DNA of 32,000 nucleotides, from contig NC_020305.1 of assembly GCF_000341395.1 (NCBI RefSeq), forward strand, positions 1 to 32,000. The letters run 5' to 3'. Each line of letters starts with the position of its first letter. Position 1 is the first letter of the stretch. Source of the DNA: Desulfocapsa sulfexigens DSM 10523 (GTDB lineage: Bacteria; Desulfobacterota; Desulfobulbia; Desulfobulbales; Desulfocapsaceae). The translations under genes were made by a program, and so were the position numbers. Shown here one piece after another: positions 1-7,808 of this stretch. A model generated the notes under the pieces. It was not told where the DNA came from, ran no database searches, and saw only the letters and a list, made by a program, of their open reading frames with translations.

Positions 1-1
1 A

Positions 2-148
2 GCTGAAGTGCATGAACGAGAGCTAAAAAAAGGCAACCGCAACAGAGCGACTCTTGCCGTTGCACGGAAACTGGTGGCATACATGCTGGCGGTTGATAAA
101 AGCCAAAAGAAATTTACTCCAAAGGAGGTACTGGACAAAGCAGCTTAA
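2..148 (+). CDS. IS110-family (DEDD) transposase, last 48 codons; the 5' part lies outside the window
   Basis: Frame 2 is open from the window edge: AEVHERELKKGNRNRATLAVARKLVAYMLAVDKSQKKFTPKEVLDKAA*, with the stop at 146-148. The A-x-VA-x-ARKL-hydrophobic tail is the usual C-terminus of IS110/IS1111 transposases (recalled, not searched). It is absent from the ORF track because it has no start codon in the window. Confidence 0.55.
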   Translation, partial: AEVHERELKKGNRNRATLAVARKLVAYMLAVDKSQKKFTPKEVLDKAA

Positions 149-403
149 ATGAATTGTGATTTTGCGGCTTGGTTTTCCTGCTGATCCTTTCGTTCTGGGG
201 ACTGTGCGAGCTTGAGGGTGATGCACCGATATTGTGTTTAAAGGTCAGCGGGTTTTGATCCAAACTCAATCTTCTGTGACGGCGAACAGCCTGATACTGT
301 AAATAGATGTCTGGTCACAAGCCATTTGTTGACCCAAGGGATAGTAGAAAAAAACAAAGCGGCAAAACGTAACGAAAAAGACAGTTTTTTCACAATGCCC
401 GTC

Positions 404-467
404 CGGTGGAATAGGCCCTGTGACTACGAATATTCACGGGTTCTCCGTCGCAGGGCCTATTCCACCG
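404..467. repeat. Long hairpin / inverted repeat (21-bp stem, 22-nt loop) about 255 nt downstream of the transposase stop
   Basis: Left arm 404-424 CGGTGGAATAGGCCCTGTGAC pairs with right arm 447-467 GTCGCAGGGCCTATTCCACCG. 17 bp are perfect and 4 more include one G.T pair. No T-tract on either side, so it is not a classical intrinsic terminator. Confidence 0.8.
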
Positions 468-564
468 AACTCTGTGCTGGAAATAACCAGACCAGGTAGG
501 CTGGGACACAGGAAATCTCCGTTTTCCACTTGACTTTACTTATCATAGATGTCCCCACTTCCGG

Positions 565-978
565 CTAGCCATGCAAGGTTCTACCTTTAATCAACTCAGC
601 ATTCTTAATCGGCTTGAAGGATCTCCAACGAGAATCTTCCGCACAGCGGAAAACCATGAATCCTTCTGTTGCTGTAGCCAAGTCTTTATAGATGTATTCA
701 GCTATCCCTTTTGCGTGGGATGCCAACCCGCCAGAGTCGGCGAAGTAGAGTTCCAAGAATGAGTTTAGTTCGGGGCCATTGATGATTGATTTGCCGACCA
801 ATCCAACTACAAACACCTTCCCGTTAGTCTTGTGAGCGTATAAAAGTATGTCAGCATCGTTCTCAATACCGACACTGACAAGTTCCTTGGATTTGTCAAG
901 ATAAGCTTGGAAAGCTTCCAATGGTATCGATTCTTCACCGGCTAAAAAATTAATGATTCTTTTTTTTATGGGATTCAA
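565..978 (-). CDS. Hypothetical protein, 137 aa
   Basis: Clean ORF in an AT-rich block, same strand as 1076..1684 and 97 nt downstream of it. I recognise no motif. The antisense ORF 571..762 is discounted. Confidence 0.5.
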   Translation of the reverse strand: MNPIKKRIINFLAGEESIPLEAFQAYLDKSKELVSVGIENDADILLYAHKTNGKVFVVGLVGKSIINGPELNSFLELYFADSGGLASHAKGIAEYIYKDLATATEGFMVFRCAEDSRWRSFKPIKNAELIKGRTLHG

Positions 979-1075
979 GTTTTCTCTCCTTTTAACGATC
1001 TAAATAAGCTGCGGCGCAACCTGTATTTACCACGTCAGCGCAGCCACGTTTCTCGTCGTCAGCTTGATTTTTTGG

Positions 1076-1684
1076 TTAACCGAATATTTGTCTTTCATTT
1101 GTTTTAAAAAATGCAGGAGCTTTTTTTGAAGCGAATAAAACAACAGCTTGTTTGGCATTTAAACAAGATATTGATCTCCAACCTAAGTTTACAAAATCTT
1201 TCGCATTGATTTCTTCATTGCTGACAAGAGATGCTCTTGTTCTCGTAACATAAAAAACTAAATCTAACTCATTTTTAGTAGTTAAATAAACATCTGACTC
1301 AGACAGTTTTTGACTTTCTAAAAGCACTAGATCATACATCCGAGTGATTTCGGGAGTATCTTGGGCAACTGTCGCTGGTAGTTCAATGTCTTCAAGTTTT
1401 CTTGCTGACTTAATTGCGTTGTATTGATCTTTATAATATTTGCTTCGCAAAATACAGGGGTCAGGAATCTCCTTAATTTGAAAACTGCATTTTCGAAATT
1501 CTACATCGGTTTTGCTATTCTGTTCATGAGATATAATTTCAGAATTTTCATGCGGGATTCCTAGGAACTTTAGCAATTCTTTGACCACCCAACGTTCTCT
1601 TTCTTCCTTACCTCGATTTGAGTAGAAATAAAGAGCATCTTGCGCGGCATCTTTTATGTTCTGTAGGATTTCGTGTTCTTCCAT
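1076..1684 (-). CDS. Hypothetical protein, 202 aa; resembles DUF1780-type proteins with a possible PD-(D/E)xK-like core
   Basis: N-terminal ...GKEERERWVVKELLKFLGI... and C-terminal ...GWRSISCL... match my memory of DUF1780 family signatures (ERERWV / GWRSLS). KTDVEF-x5-FQIKE gives a D...(Q)xK arrangement. The family call comes from memory only. Confidence 0.5.
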   Translation of the reverse strand: MEEHEILQNIKDAAQDALYFYSNRGKEERERWVVKELLKFLGIPHENSEIISHEQNSKTDVEFRKCSFQIKEIPDPCILRSKYYKDQYNAIKSARKLEDIELPATVAQDTPEITRMYDLVLLESQKLSESDVYLTTKNELDLVFYVTRTRASLVSNEEINAKDFVNLGWRSISCLNAKQAVVLFASKKAPAFFKTNERQIFG

Positions 1685-2032
1685 GTGGGATTACTTTTAT
1701 CGGTTAACAAGTTAGTATCTAGTTTCTTGATATCTACATAAAGTCTAAAATGATGACAACGTAATTTCAGTGATATATGTTGGTTTCTAACCTGATATCA
1801 TTCCATACGGCCTGAATAACAAGAAACCGGATATCATTAATTAATGATTCAAATCCCTGCACAGTTTCATCTCTAAACACGAGCTCTATGACCCATCACA
1901 AGCCAGAGCAACAATAATTCTTGGAAGTCAGAGAGCTGGCTTCCACGAAGACAACATACTTCCAAATTCAGTTCCTATTGATATCCCCTCACTGTGTCCA
2001 ATGATTTGTGCGTCAACAATCATAACTATCCT

Positions 2033-2060
2033 AAGAATGATACAAGACATATAAATGATA
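2033..2060 (+). promoter_or_regulatory. Bipartite motif AAGAATGATA-N7-TATAAATGATA (copy 1 of about 5)
   Basis: The sequence AAGAATGATAcaagacaTATAAATGATA lies upstream of the AP2-like gene. Both half-sites match 10853-10880 exactly and match 3202-3228 closely; only the N7 spacers differ. Confidence 0.5.
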
Positions 2061-2187
2061 GAGAGTGGAAATTTATGCCTGCCCCGACTGCTTACCCTAA
2101 CAACATATGAATGCTACAAGTGGTCAGGTTTTTCTTGATTCCCAAAAGATATTCATGGTACCTTCTGACAAACCACAGGAGATCAAA

Positions 2188-2631
2188 ATGGAAACCAAGG
2201 AACAGCAACTTACGGCAAAAGAACATAAAGATATTGCCCGGATAGATCAAGATGCCAAGCATACTCATGGGTGGTATGTCCGGATACGATTCCAGGGAAA
2301 AACGAAGACGAAATTTTTCTCTGACAAGAAGTGTGGGGGCAGTGAAATAGCCTTGGATTTGGCTATCTCGTGGCGAAACACTACAGAAAAATCACTTGGG
2401 AAAATAAGAACGGATAAGCGCCTGGTTACCACTACAAATACTGGAACAGGTGTGGTTGGTGTCCGGCTCAATGAGAAAACCAATAAATATGATGTAAGTT
2501 GGCTCACCCCTGAAGGCAAGCAGGGGAAGACATCAGTCTCTATCAGAAAGCATGGCAAAGAAGCTGCATTTATTAGAGCCTGCACTATTCGTCACGAAAA
2601 AGAAAGACTCCGGTTGGGCGGTGATTATTGA
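2188..2631 (+). CDS. AP2-like DNA-binding protein (two AP2-type repeats)
   Basis: Repeat 1 is HGWYVRIRFQGKTKTKFFSDKKCGGSEIALDLAISWRN. Repeat 2 is GVVGVRLNEKTNKYDVSWLTPEGKQGKTSVSIRKHGKEAAFIRACTIR. Both follow the G-x-x-V-R...GK...F...G...A...A...R pattern of bacterial and phage AP2 domains. The ORF opens at 2107, but the ATG at 2188 has an AGGAG six nt upstream, so 2188 is preferred. Confidence 0.55.
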   Translation: METKEQQLTAKEHKDIARIDQDAKHTHGWYVRIRFQGKTKTKFFSDKKCGGSEIALDLAISWRNTTEKSLGKIRTDKRLVTTTNTGTGVVGVRLNEKTNKYDVSWLTPEGKQGKTSVSIRKHGKEAAFIRACTIRHEKERLRLGGDY

Positions 2632-2650
2632 GGTCGCAGGTGCCCTCCCT

Positions 2651-3045
2651 TCAAGTAGCTATAAGAACCCTGCCCATAACTCCAAATACAATATCGTAGA
2701 TTTCAGGATCACTAGATGCGCTCTTCCCTGCTACATTCAATGTTTCGATCTGATTTTTCTTAACCCACCCTATGATTTCCTCTCCGGCTTCATCGATGGA
2801 AAGTTTTTTCATATCCAGATGCAACCATGGCTTACAGTGCTTAATAGCAAGTTTCCTGGTGAGATCAGAGCCACCTGACAATTTGCCCTGCTGAAAAATG
2901 ACAGTTCCATCGGAATCCATAACATTCTGCTCTGTACGTTTTGGATAACCCCTGGTCGGCATTTCCTTCATAATATACTTTATGTCCAGAGGGCCTTCTA
3001 TTGTCCTGCACCCGTTTGTCCACCTGATATTATCTTCTTTAGCAT
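2651..3045 (-). pseudogene. Frameshifted SLOG / 'putative molybdenum carrier' (YpsA-like) gene
   Basis: ORF 2651..2971 (..RGYPKRTEQNVMDSDGTVIFQQGKLSGGSDLTRKLAIKHCKPWLHLD...LNVAGKSASSDPEIY..) lacks the family's N-terminal GGQTG loop. That loop is encoded upstream in a different frame: ATG at 3045, MLKKIISGGQTGAGQ*, stop at 2998-3000. A 1-nt indel near 3000-3005 would join the two parts. Confidence 0.55.
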
Positions 3046-3129
3046 TAAAGTTTACCTATAAGTCAACCAACTGGTTCTGCTTCCGAAGACTCCACTGGAA
3101 ACGATGATATCCTGTGCATTATAGGGAAT

Positions 3130-3161
3130 GAATTGGAAGTCAACGAATAGACTTCCAATTC
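3130..3161. repeat. 12-bp perfect hairpin (GAATTGGAAGTC-N8-GACTTCCAATTC)
   Basis: Arms are 3130-3141 and 3150-3161. It lies between the SLOG pseudogene start and GC-rich element copy 1. No adjacent U-tract. Confidence 0.6.
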
Positions 3162-3201
3162 AATTCACCTTCTGCCCTATGATTCATATGTCAATAATCA
3201 C

Positions 3202-3228
3202 AATAATGATACAAGTCATATAAATGAT
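3202..3228 (+). promoter_or_regulatory. Bipartite motif AATAATGATA-N7-TATAAATGAT (copy 2)
   Basis: The sequence AATAATGATAcaagtcaTATAAATGAT lies about 35 nt from the end of the homologous core of GC-rich element copy 1. Confidence 0.45.
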
Positions 3229-3262
3229 TTTTGAGACAGCTCCCCAAAGGACGGTACCAAGA

Positions 3263-3805
3263 ATCCTATTATCATGCGCCGCAGGCCAAGCCCACCCCGG
3301 AATCCTGGTCAGGTGTGTTGTCCGGCTGAACTTTGGAGCGAAGATCAGGGCAGGTATTACCGCCAATGGTGGGATATAACAGACGGACAACACCACTTTA
3401 GGCTGGACTTGGATATACTCCCGGAACGTGGACCGGGCGGGCTCCCAGGGTAGTTCCTGGGTGCGTGACCGGAGCAAGTATCCTGGATCTACCACGGAGC
3501 TGTTCGGGATCGGGTGTGGCCTCCGCGCTTTTGCGGTGGACACCATACTAAGCAGGTGATGGAGATACCACCAGACCGCACAGAGGCAGGGCCCCTGGCT
3601 GTTGTTGGCCAGGTGCACTGCCGAAGCTGGGAGTTTGCATCACCGGGTCATGCGCGCGGCAACCTACCTGGCATCTGCACGGATGGAGCGCAGGTCGCGG
3701 CTTCTGCTGGCTTGGCCGGGCGATGCGAAAGAACGGCGGTTGTTTTGCCGGGCTGCAGCCGACCGGGAAAGACAATTGCAGAGGACGTGCCGGAGCGGGT
3801 GCGGG
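3263..3805 (-). ncRNA. GC-rich ORF-free element, copy 1; candidate large structured RNA of unclassified family
   Basis: Homologous to 28427-29144 on the opposite strand, with several identical blocks of 20 nt or more. Indels between the blocks break every reading frame. The overlapping track ORFs lying largely within 3184..3951 are artefacts of a stop-poor GC-rich sequence. Strand was assigned from G.U-type helix substitutions (see findings). Confidence 0.5.
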
Positions 3806-4123
3806 ATGATATATATAAGAGGCACCTTTAATCGATCCATTGACAAGAAATTCAGACCTTCGATGCGGCAATCTGGACCTGATGTAACCCAGTAACAACC
3901 CGACAACCTAAATGAAACGTCCATACCCGTACGGAGCTGGGATATCCCCACCTGGCTACCCGACTAGATGATGTTACTCATAAAAAAACTGATATATCTC
4001 CCCATTTCCTATCTATTAACCACCCGTACACTCCTCTGTCATCAATTTCCAGCAAATTTTCAATCCCCGAAAACCACAATTACATGGATCATTTATACTT
4101 TTCAGATAACTACTTGTTATTTA

Positions 4124-4152
4124 TTGACATTGTCTCGAGAACATTTTAAACT
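4124..4152 (+). promoter_or_regulatory. Sigma70-like promoter for the cargo operon (TTGACA-17-TAAACT)
   Basis: TTGACA at 4124-4129, a 17-nt spacer, then TAAACT at 4147-4152, about 70 nt upstream of the first operon gene. Confidence 0.4.
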
Positions 4153-4221
4153 TATCGTGCGATGGCATCATACTTATATACACTAAGCCCCAAAATAGCT
4201 TAACAACTAAGAGCGAACCTT

Positions 4222-4950
4222 TTGAAAATTGGCCTTTTACTCTGTGATCATGTACTCGAACCATTGAGAGAAGCTGCGAAGGGTGACTATGATTGTATGT
4301 ACGAAGCAATGGTCACCAAGGCTGCTCATCAGATACACTTAGCGGCCCCTCTTACTATCAAAAAATATTTTGTGATCGACGAATATTTCCCAGACTCACC
4401 TAATGATTGTGACGCATGGTTAGTAACATGCTCCCACCACGATGCAAATGAAGATAACCATTGGATTTCTCGGTTAAAATGTTTCGTTTTAGAAATAATA
4501 GAATACAGAAAGCCATTAGCTGGAATTTGCTTTGGCCATCAATTAATTTCATTAGTCCTTGGCGGGAAAGTGGCAAGACGAAATAAATGGATCGCTGGTG
4601 TACAGAAAGTTCACCTCAGGTCAAATCAATTCTCATCACAACCTAACATAAAACTATTAAGTCTTCATAGAGACGAGGTCACAGTCGCACCTCCAAATGC
4701 CAACGTTATTGCTTCATCTTCCCAAGTTCCGATAGCAATGCTATCCATACCACCTAATATCTTGACTTTTCAGCATCATATGGAGTACACAAAAAGGTAT
4801 TTAATAGCCCTAATTAATTCCAGAAAAGATCTTATAGGATCAGAAATCACCCAAATTGCACTAAATGGAATGAGTCAGGATTTGGATAGCAGTTATGCTG
4901 GAAGACTACTTTTGAAGTTCCTAGCCCAACACAGAAATTTAAATCAATAA
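4222..4950 (+). CDS. Class I glutamine amidotransferase-like protein (GATase1)
   Basis: Nucleophile elbow GICFGHQL and a later FQHHME (His/Glu) fit the GATase1 triad. The N-terminal MKIGLLLCDH is typical of the family. The start is TTG at 4222, with AAGAG about 8 nt upstream. Confidence 0.7.
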   Translation: MKIGLLLCDHVLEPLREAAKGDYDCMYEAMVTKAAHQIHLAAPLTIKKYFVIDEYFPDSPNDCDAWLVTCSHHDANEDNHWISRLKCFVLEIIEYRKPLAGICFGHQLISLVLGGKVARRNKWIAGVQKVHLRSNQFSSQPNIKLLSLHRDEVTVAPPNANVIASSSQVPIAMLSIPPNILTFQHHMEYTKRYLIALINSRKDLIGSEITQIALNGMSQDLDSSYAGRLLLKFLAQHRNLNQ

Positions 4951-4987
4951 AGACCATCAACACATTTAATAGATCGAAGGAGAAATC

Positions 4988-5926
4988 ATGCCTGCTAAGC
5001 CTATCGTTGCAATCAAAGTTGGAGATCACCTTATACAGCCATGGATTGACAGAATGACTCCATTGCTTCCGGAGTTTGACTTTATTTCATGGCATGATAA
5101 TCCTGACCAGGATCTTGTAGAATACGTTATTGGCTGGTGTCCTGATGCTAGGTGGATAAACGGCTTTCCAAATATTAAAGCTGTCGTTTCTGTGGGTTCG
5201 GGTGTAGATCATATCATTCACCTAGATGAATTAAAAGATACTATCCCAGTAATAAGGACAGTTTCAGACGATCTTATTCAAAGAGTGCGAGAGTTTGCAG
5301 CGCTTAGCGTTTTATCCTGGCATCGACAATTCCCTCAAATAATAGAAAATAATAGCATTAGAGAATGGAAAAGATTCTCAATGGAAACCTCTAGCTATTA
5401 TAAAGTTGGTGTAATGGGCTATGGTTCTATGGGCAAAGCCGTTGCGGAAACATTATCGTCACTTGGTTACAATGTTTCAGTTTGGGCAAATAGTAAGCGA
5501 GATCTTCCTTACAATTATTACTATGGACGGGACAGTCTTAGTAAATTCGCAAAAGATTTGGACATCCTGATCTGCTTACTCCCACTAACCAATGAAACAG
5601 AGAACATCCTCAATGAAGAATTAATGAGAAGTATGAATCAGGGAGGATGTGTTATTAATTTTGCAAGGGGAGCACATTTAGTAGATGATGACCTATTCAA
5701 AGTCTTAGATGATAGTCATTTATCAGCAGCCTACCTTGATGGATTTAGAGAAGAACCTCTTCCCTATAATTCCAAATTTCTTTCCCACGAGAAAGTAATC
5801 GTCACCTTTCATTCAGCAGGGTACATTTCACCTGACATTGGCCCTAAAGTTATAGCTGCAAATATCCAAAAGTTTGAGCGTAATGAAACGCCATGGCCTA
5901 TGTATAATAGAGAAAAAGGATTCTAA
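4988..5926 (+). CDS. D-isomer-specific 2-hydroxyacid dehydrogenase (GhrA-like)
   Basis: NAD-binding fold GVMGYGSMGKAVAETLSSLGYNV, the INFARGAHLVDDDL segment, LDGFREEPLP and a C-terminal H fit the family. AAGGAG precedes the ATG. Confidence 0.75.
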   Translation: MPAKPIVAIKVGDHLIQPWIDRMTPLLPEFDFISWHDNPDQDLVEYVIGWCPDARWINGFPNIKAVVSVGSGVDHIIHLDELKDTIPVIRTVSDDLIQRVREFAALSVLSWHRQFPQIIENNSIREWKRFSMETSSYYKVGVMGYGSMGKAVAETLSSLGYNVSVWANSKRDLPYNYYYGRDSLSKFAKDLDILICLLPLTNETENILNEELMRSMNQGGCVINFARGAHLVDDDLFKVLDDSHLSAAYLDGFREEPLPYNSKFLSHEKVIVTFHSAGYISPDIGPKVIAANIQKFERNETPWPMYNREKGF

Positions 5927-5927
5927 T

Positions 5928-6833
5928 ATGGCTAATTGGCAGCTTCTAGTCCAAGCCCCTAGTACAGGTTTTCTACTTTCAGTTGTTGGAGTCGCTATAA
6001 GCCTTATTGGAACAACCGTAGGTATCTATACATTACTAAAGGTAAAAAAAGTAGTAAAGGCCCAGATTGAGGAGAGAAAGCTAACGCAAGAGTTGCTTGA
6101 TGTAGATCAAATAGAGAAAGATCTAAGACGAGTTGTTTCTAAACTAATGCAGGTTAATGACCACGACTCGGTTTCGCTCGCTAACGCACTCTCACAACGT
6201 TTGGGGGCAATCCAGGGTACAAGGAGAGTAATTGATCATGGTGCATCAGCTTGCGGTTGTGCATCGGGCGATGCTGTTTCCATTAAAACTGGTTTTTTCT
6301 GTTCGACACATGTTGATGATTTCATAGAACAAAGCACCTCTCGTATTGACCTCATGACTGGTAGTACAAGGCTAATAGCAGGGTATTTTACTATGGACAA
6401 GATCAAACAGGCATGTGAACGTGGTGTCAAGGTCCGGATAGTTGGGCTATCCCCCGAGGCACCTGATGATATTTTATTAGATGCAGCAAAAACTGTCTCA
6501 AAGCCAGCCCCTGAAACAGCCGAAGACTATCGTAACCTTATAAAGGCAAACCACAACGAAATTAGCAAGGTCGTAAACTCTTGGCCTGCACAAACAAAAG
6601 AACGATTTGAATACCGGGAGAATTTTGGTGTCCCCAGGGTATCTATTGCAAAATCAGATGATGTAATATGCTTAGGTTTCTTACAATTGTTTAGAGATGC
6701 CCAGCCTGAAAAAATCAACGATAGGCAATACATCAAGATTCCCCAAGATTCAGAGTTGGGAAGTGTAGTAATGAAACACTTTGAGCAGGGTTGGAGTGAA
6801 AGTAAGAAAATCATACCAGCAAAAAGCGGATAA
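5928..6833 (+). CDS. Membrane-anchored protein: N-terminal TM helix, coiled-coil, and a possible HKD-less PLD-like C-terminal domain
   Basis: The ATG at 5928 follows the upstream stop (5924-5926) by 1 nt, so I prefer it to the track start at 5874. The TM segment is FLLSVVGVAISLIGTTVGIYTLL. C-terminal ..RIDLMTGS..GVKVRIVGL..VSIAKSDDVICLGF resembles PLD-fold strands, but no His-x-Lys motif is present. The domain call is tentative. Confidence 0.5.
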   Translation: MANWQLLVQAPSTGFLLSVVGVAISLIGTTVGIYTLLKVKKVVKAQIEERKLTQELLDVDQIEKDLRRVVSKLMQVNDHDSVSLANALSQRLGAIQGTRRVIDHGASACGCASGDAVSIKTGFFCSTHVDDFIEQSTSRIDLMTGSTRLIAGYFTMDKIKQACERGVKVRIVGLSPEAPDDILLDAAKTVSKPAPETAEDYRNLIKANHNEISKVVNSWPAQTKERFEYRENFGVPRVSIAKSDDVICLGFLQLFRDAQPEKINDRQYIKIPQDSELGSVVMKHFEQGWSESKKIIPAKSG

Positions 6834-6878
6834 CATAAATATTTCCTGTGGTTCTTCGCACTTTCTGAGGACAACATC

Positions 6879-7808
6879 ATGGCCAGTTTTGCATTTTTCT
6901 TGGATCCGCTTGATACTTTATCCTTAGACAAGGATTCAACCTTACAGATAATAAAGCAAGGATATTTAAAAGGTCATGATGTCGCCGTATTTCATGATAA
7001 GGATCTAATAGTCCGAGATGGTGCTGTTATTATCAACTCAAGAATTATTGATTTTACAGCAGAAACACTCTCGGCACAGGTTGATTGCAAAAAAGATATT
7101 ACTGACTTCGATATACTTTTTGTTCGCAGGGACCCACCAGTAACCATTGAATTCTACACTAGTTTAAGCATACTCTCATCAATCGAAGCTAATATCCCCT
7201 GTATAAACTCTCCTTCTTCTATTTTAACCTTTCCCGAAAAAATTGGGCCTACCACCTTTAAACAACTACACCCTCCAACATTAATTTCCAGTAATCTTTC
7301 CGAAATCTATGACTTTAAAAAAGAACATGGAGCTGTCGTAGTAAAACCGTTATACAATTACTGTGGAAATGGGGTTTATATTAGTTTACAAAATGATCGA
7401 AATTTCAACTCTATCCTCTCACTGTTCAAAATGAACAGTAATACGCCTATATTATTGCAGAAATTCATAGAAGACGTTTCAGACGGCGACAGACGGATCA
7501 TAATGCTAGGTGGTGAACCCGTAGGTGCCATAAACCGTAAGGCAAGCCCCAATGATTTTAGATGCAATATGTTTGCTGGTGGAACCCCAACACTTCATAA
7601 CCTATCGTCGACCGAATTAGAAATGTGTGCCCAAATAAGCCCGATACTGACTGAAAGAGGTCTACATCTAGTTGGAATTGATATTATTGGCAACTATATA
7701 ACAGAAATTAATACAACCGCACCTACAGGTATATTTCAAATTGCCGACCTTGGTGGCCCGAATCTATGTGCTACAATAATTGACTACGCAGAAACGCTAA
7801 TAAAATGA
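6879..7808 (+). CDS. Glutathione-synthetase-family ATP-grasp ligase (GshB-like)
   Basis: Collinear with prokaryotic GshB as I recall it: FFLDPLDTLSLDKDST (N-terminal domain), FVRRDPP, VVVKPLYNYCGNGV, LLQKFIEDVSDGDRRIIMLGGEP, FRCNMFAGG, LVGIDIIGNYITEINTTAPTG. Confidence 0.75.
   Translation: MASFAFFLDPLDTLSLDKDSTLQIIKQGYLKGHDVAVFHDKDLIVRDGAVIINSRIIDFTAETLSAQVDCKKDITDFDILFVRRDPPVTIEFYTSLSILSSIEANIPCINSPSSILTFPEKIGPTTFKQLHPPTLISSNLSEIYDFKKEHGAVVVKPLYNYCGNGVYISLQNDRNFNSILSLFKMNSNTPILLQKFIEDVSDGDRRIIMLGGEPVGAINRKASPNDFRCNMFAGGTPTLHNLSSTELEMCAQISPILTERGLHLVGIDIIGNYITEINTTAPTGIFQIADLGGPNLCATIIDYAETLIK

Noticed and set aside
23-226. 67-aa ORF on the minus strand at the window start
   Set aside because: It is antisense to a convincing IS110-family transposase C-terminus on the plus strand.
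2050-2135. Short ORFs starting at the ATG inside the TATAAATGAT motif (27 aa at 2055; 51 aa at 3224)
   Set aside because: They have no Shine-Dalgarno sequence and their products are unrelated to each other. The conserved part is the DNA motif, not the peptide. Only the copy at 10875 starts a real gene (parA).
3459-3470. GTGCGTGAC on the plus strand, resembling a group II intron 5' end (GUGCG)
   Set aside because: I can find no domain V-like hairpin, intron-encoded reverse transcriptase or 3' AY boundary. G.U evidence also favours the opposite strand as the sense strand.
3490-3540. 5S-rRNA-like string (GCGGAGGCCACACCCGATCCCGAACAGC on the minus strand), and the same string in copy 2
   Set aside because: It resembles the 5S segment GCGGTGGTCCCACCTGACCCCATGCCGAAC only locally. 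The rest of a 5S rRNA (about 120 nt, helices I, IV and V) is absent, and no rRNA operon context exists.
3184-3951. Six overlapping ORFs (95-144 aa) on both strands in the GC-rich block
   Set aside because: They overlap one another in several frames. Their products are low-complexity and Pro/Arg/Ala-rich. No RBS is present. Homology to the second copy crosses reading frames. They are artefacts of stop-poor GC-rich DNA.
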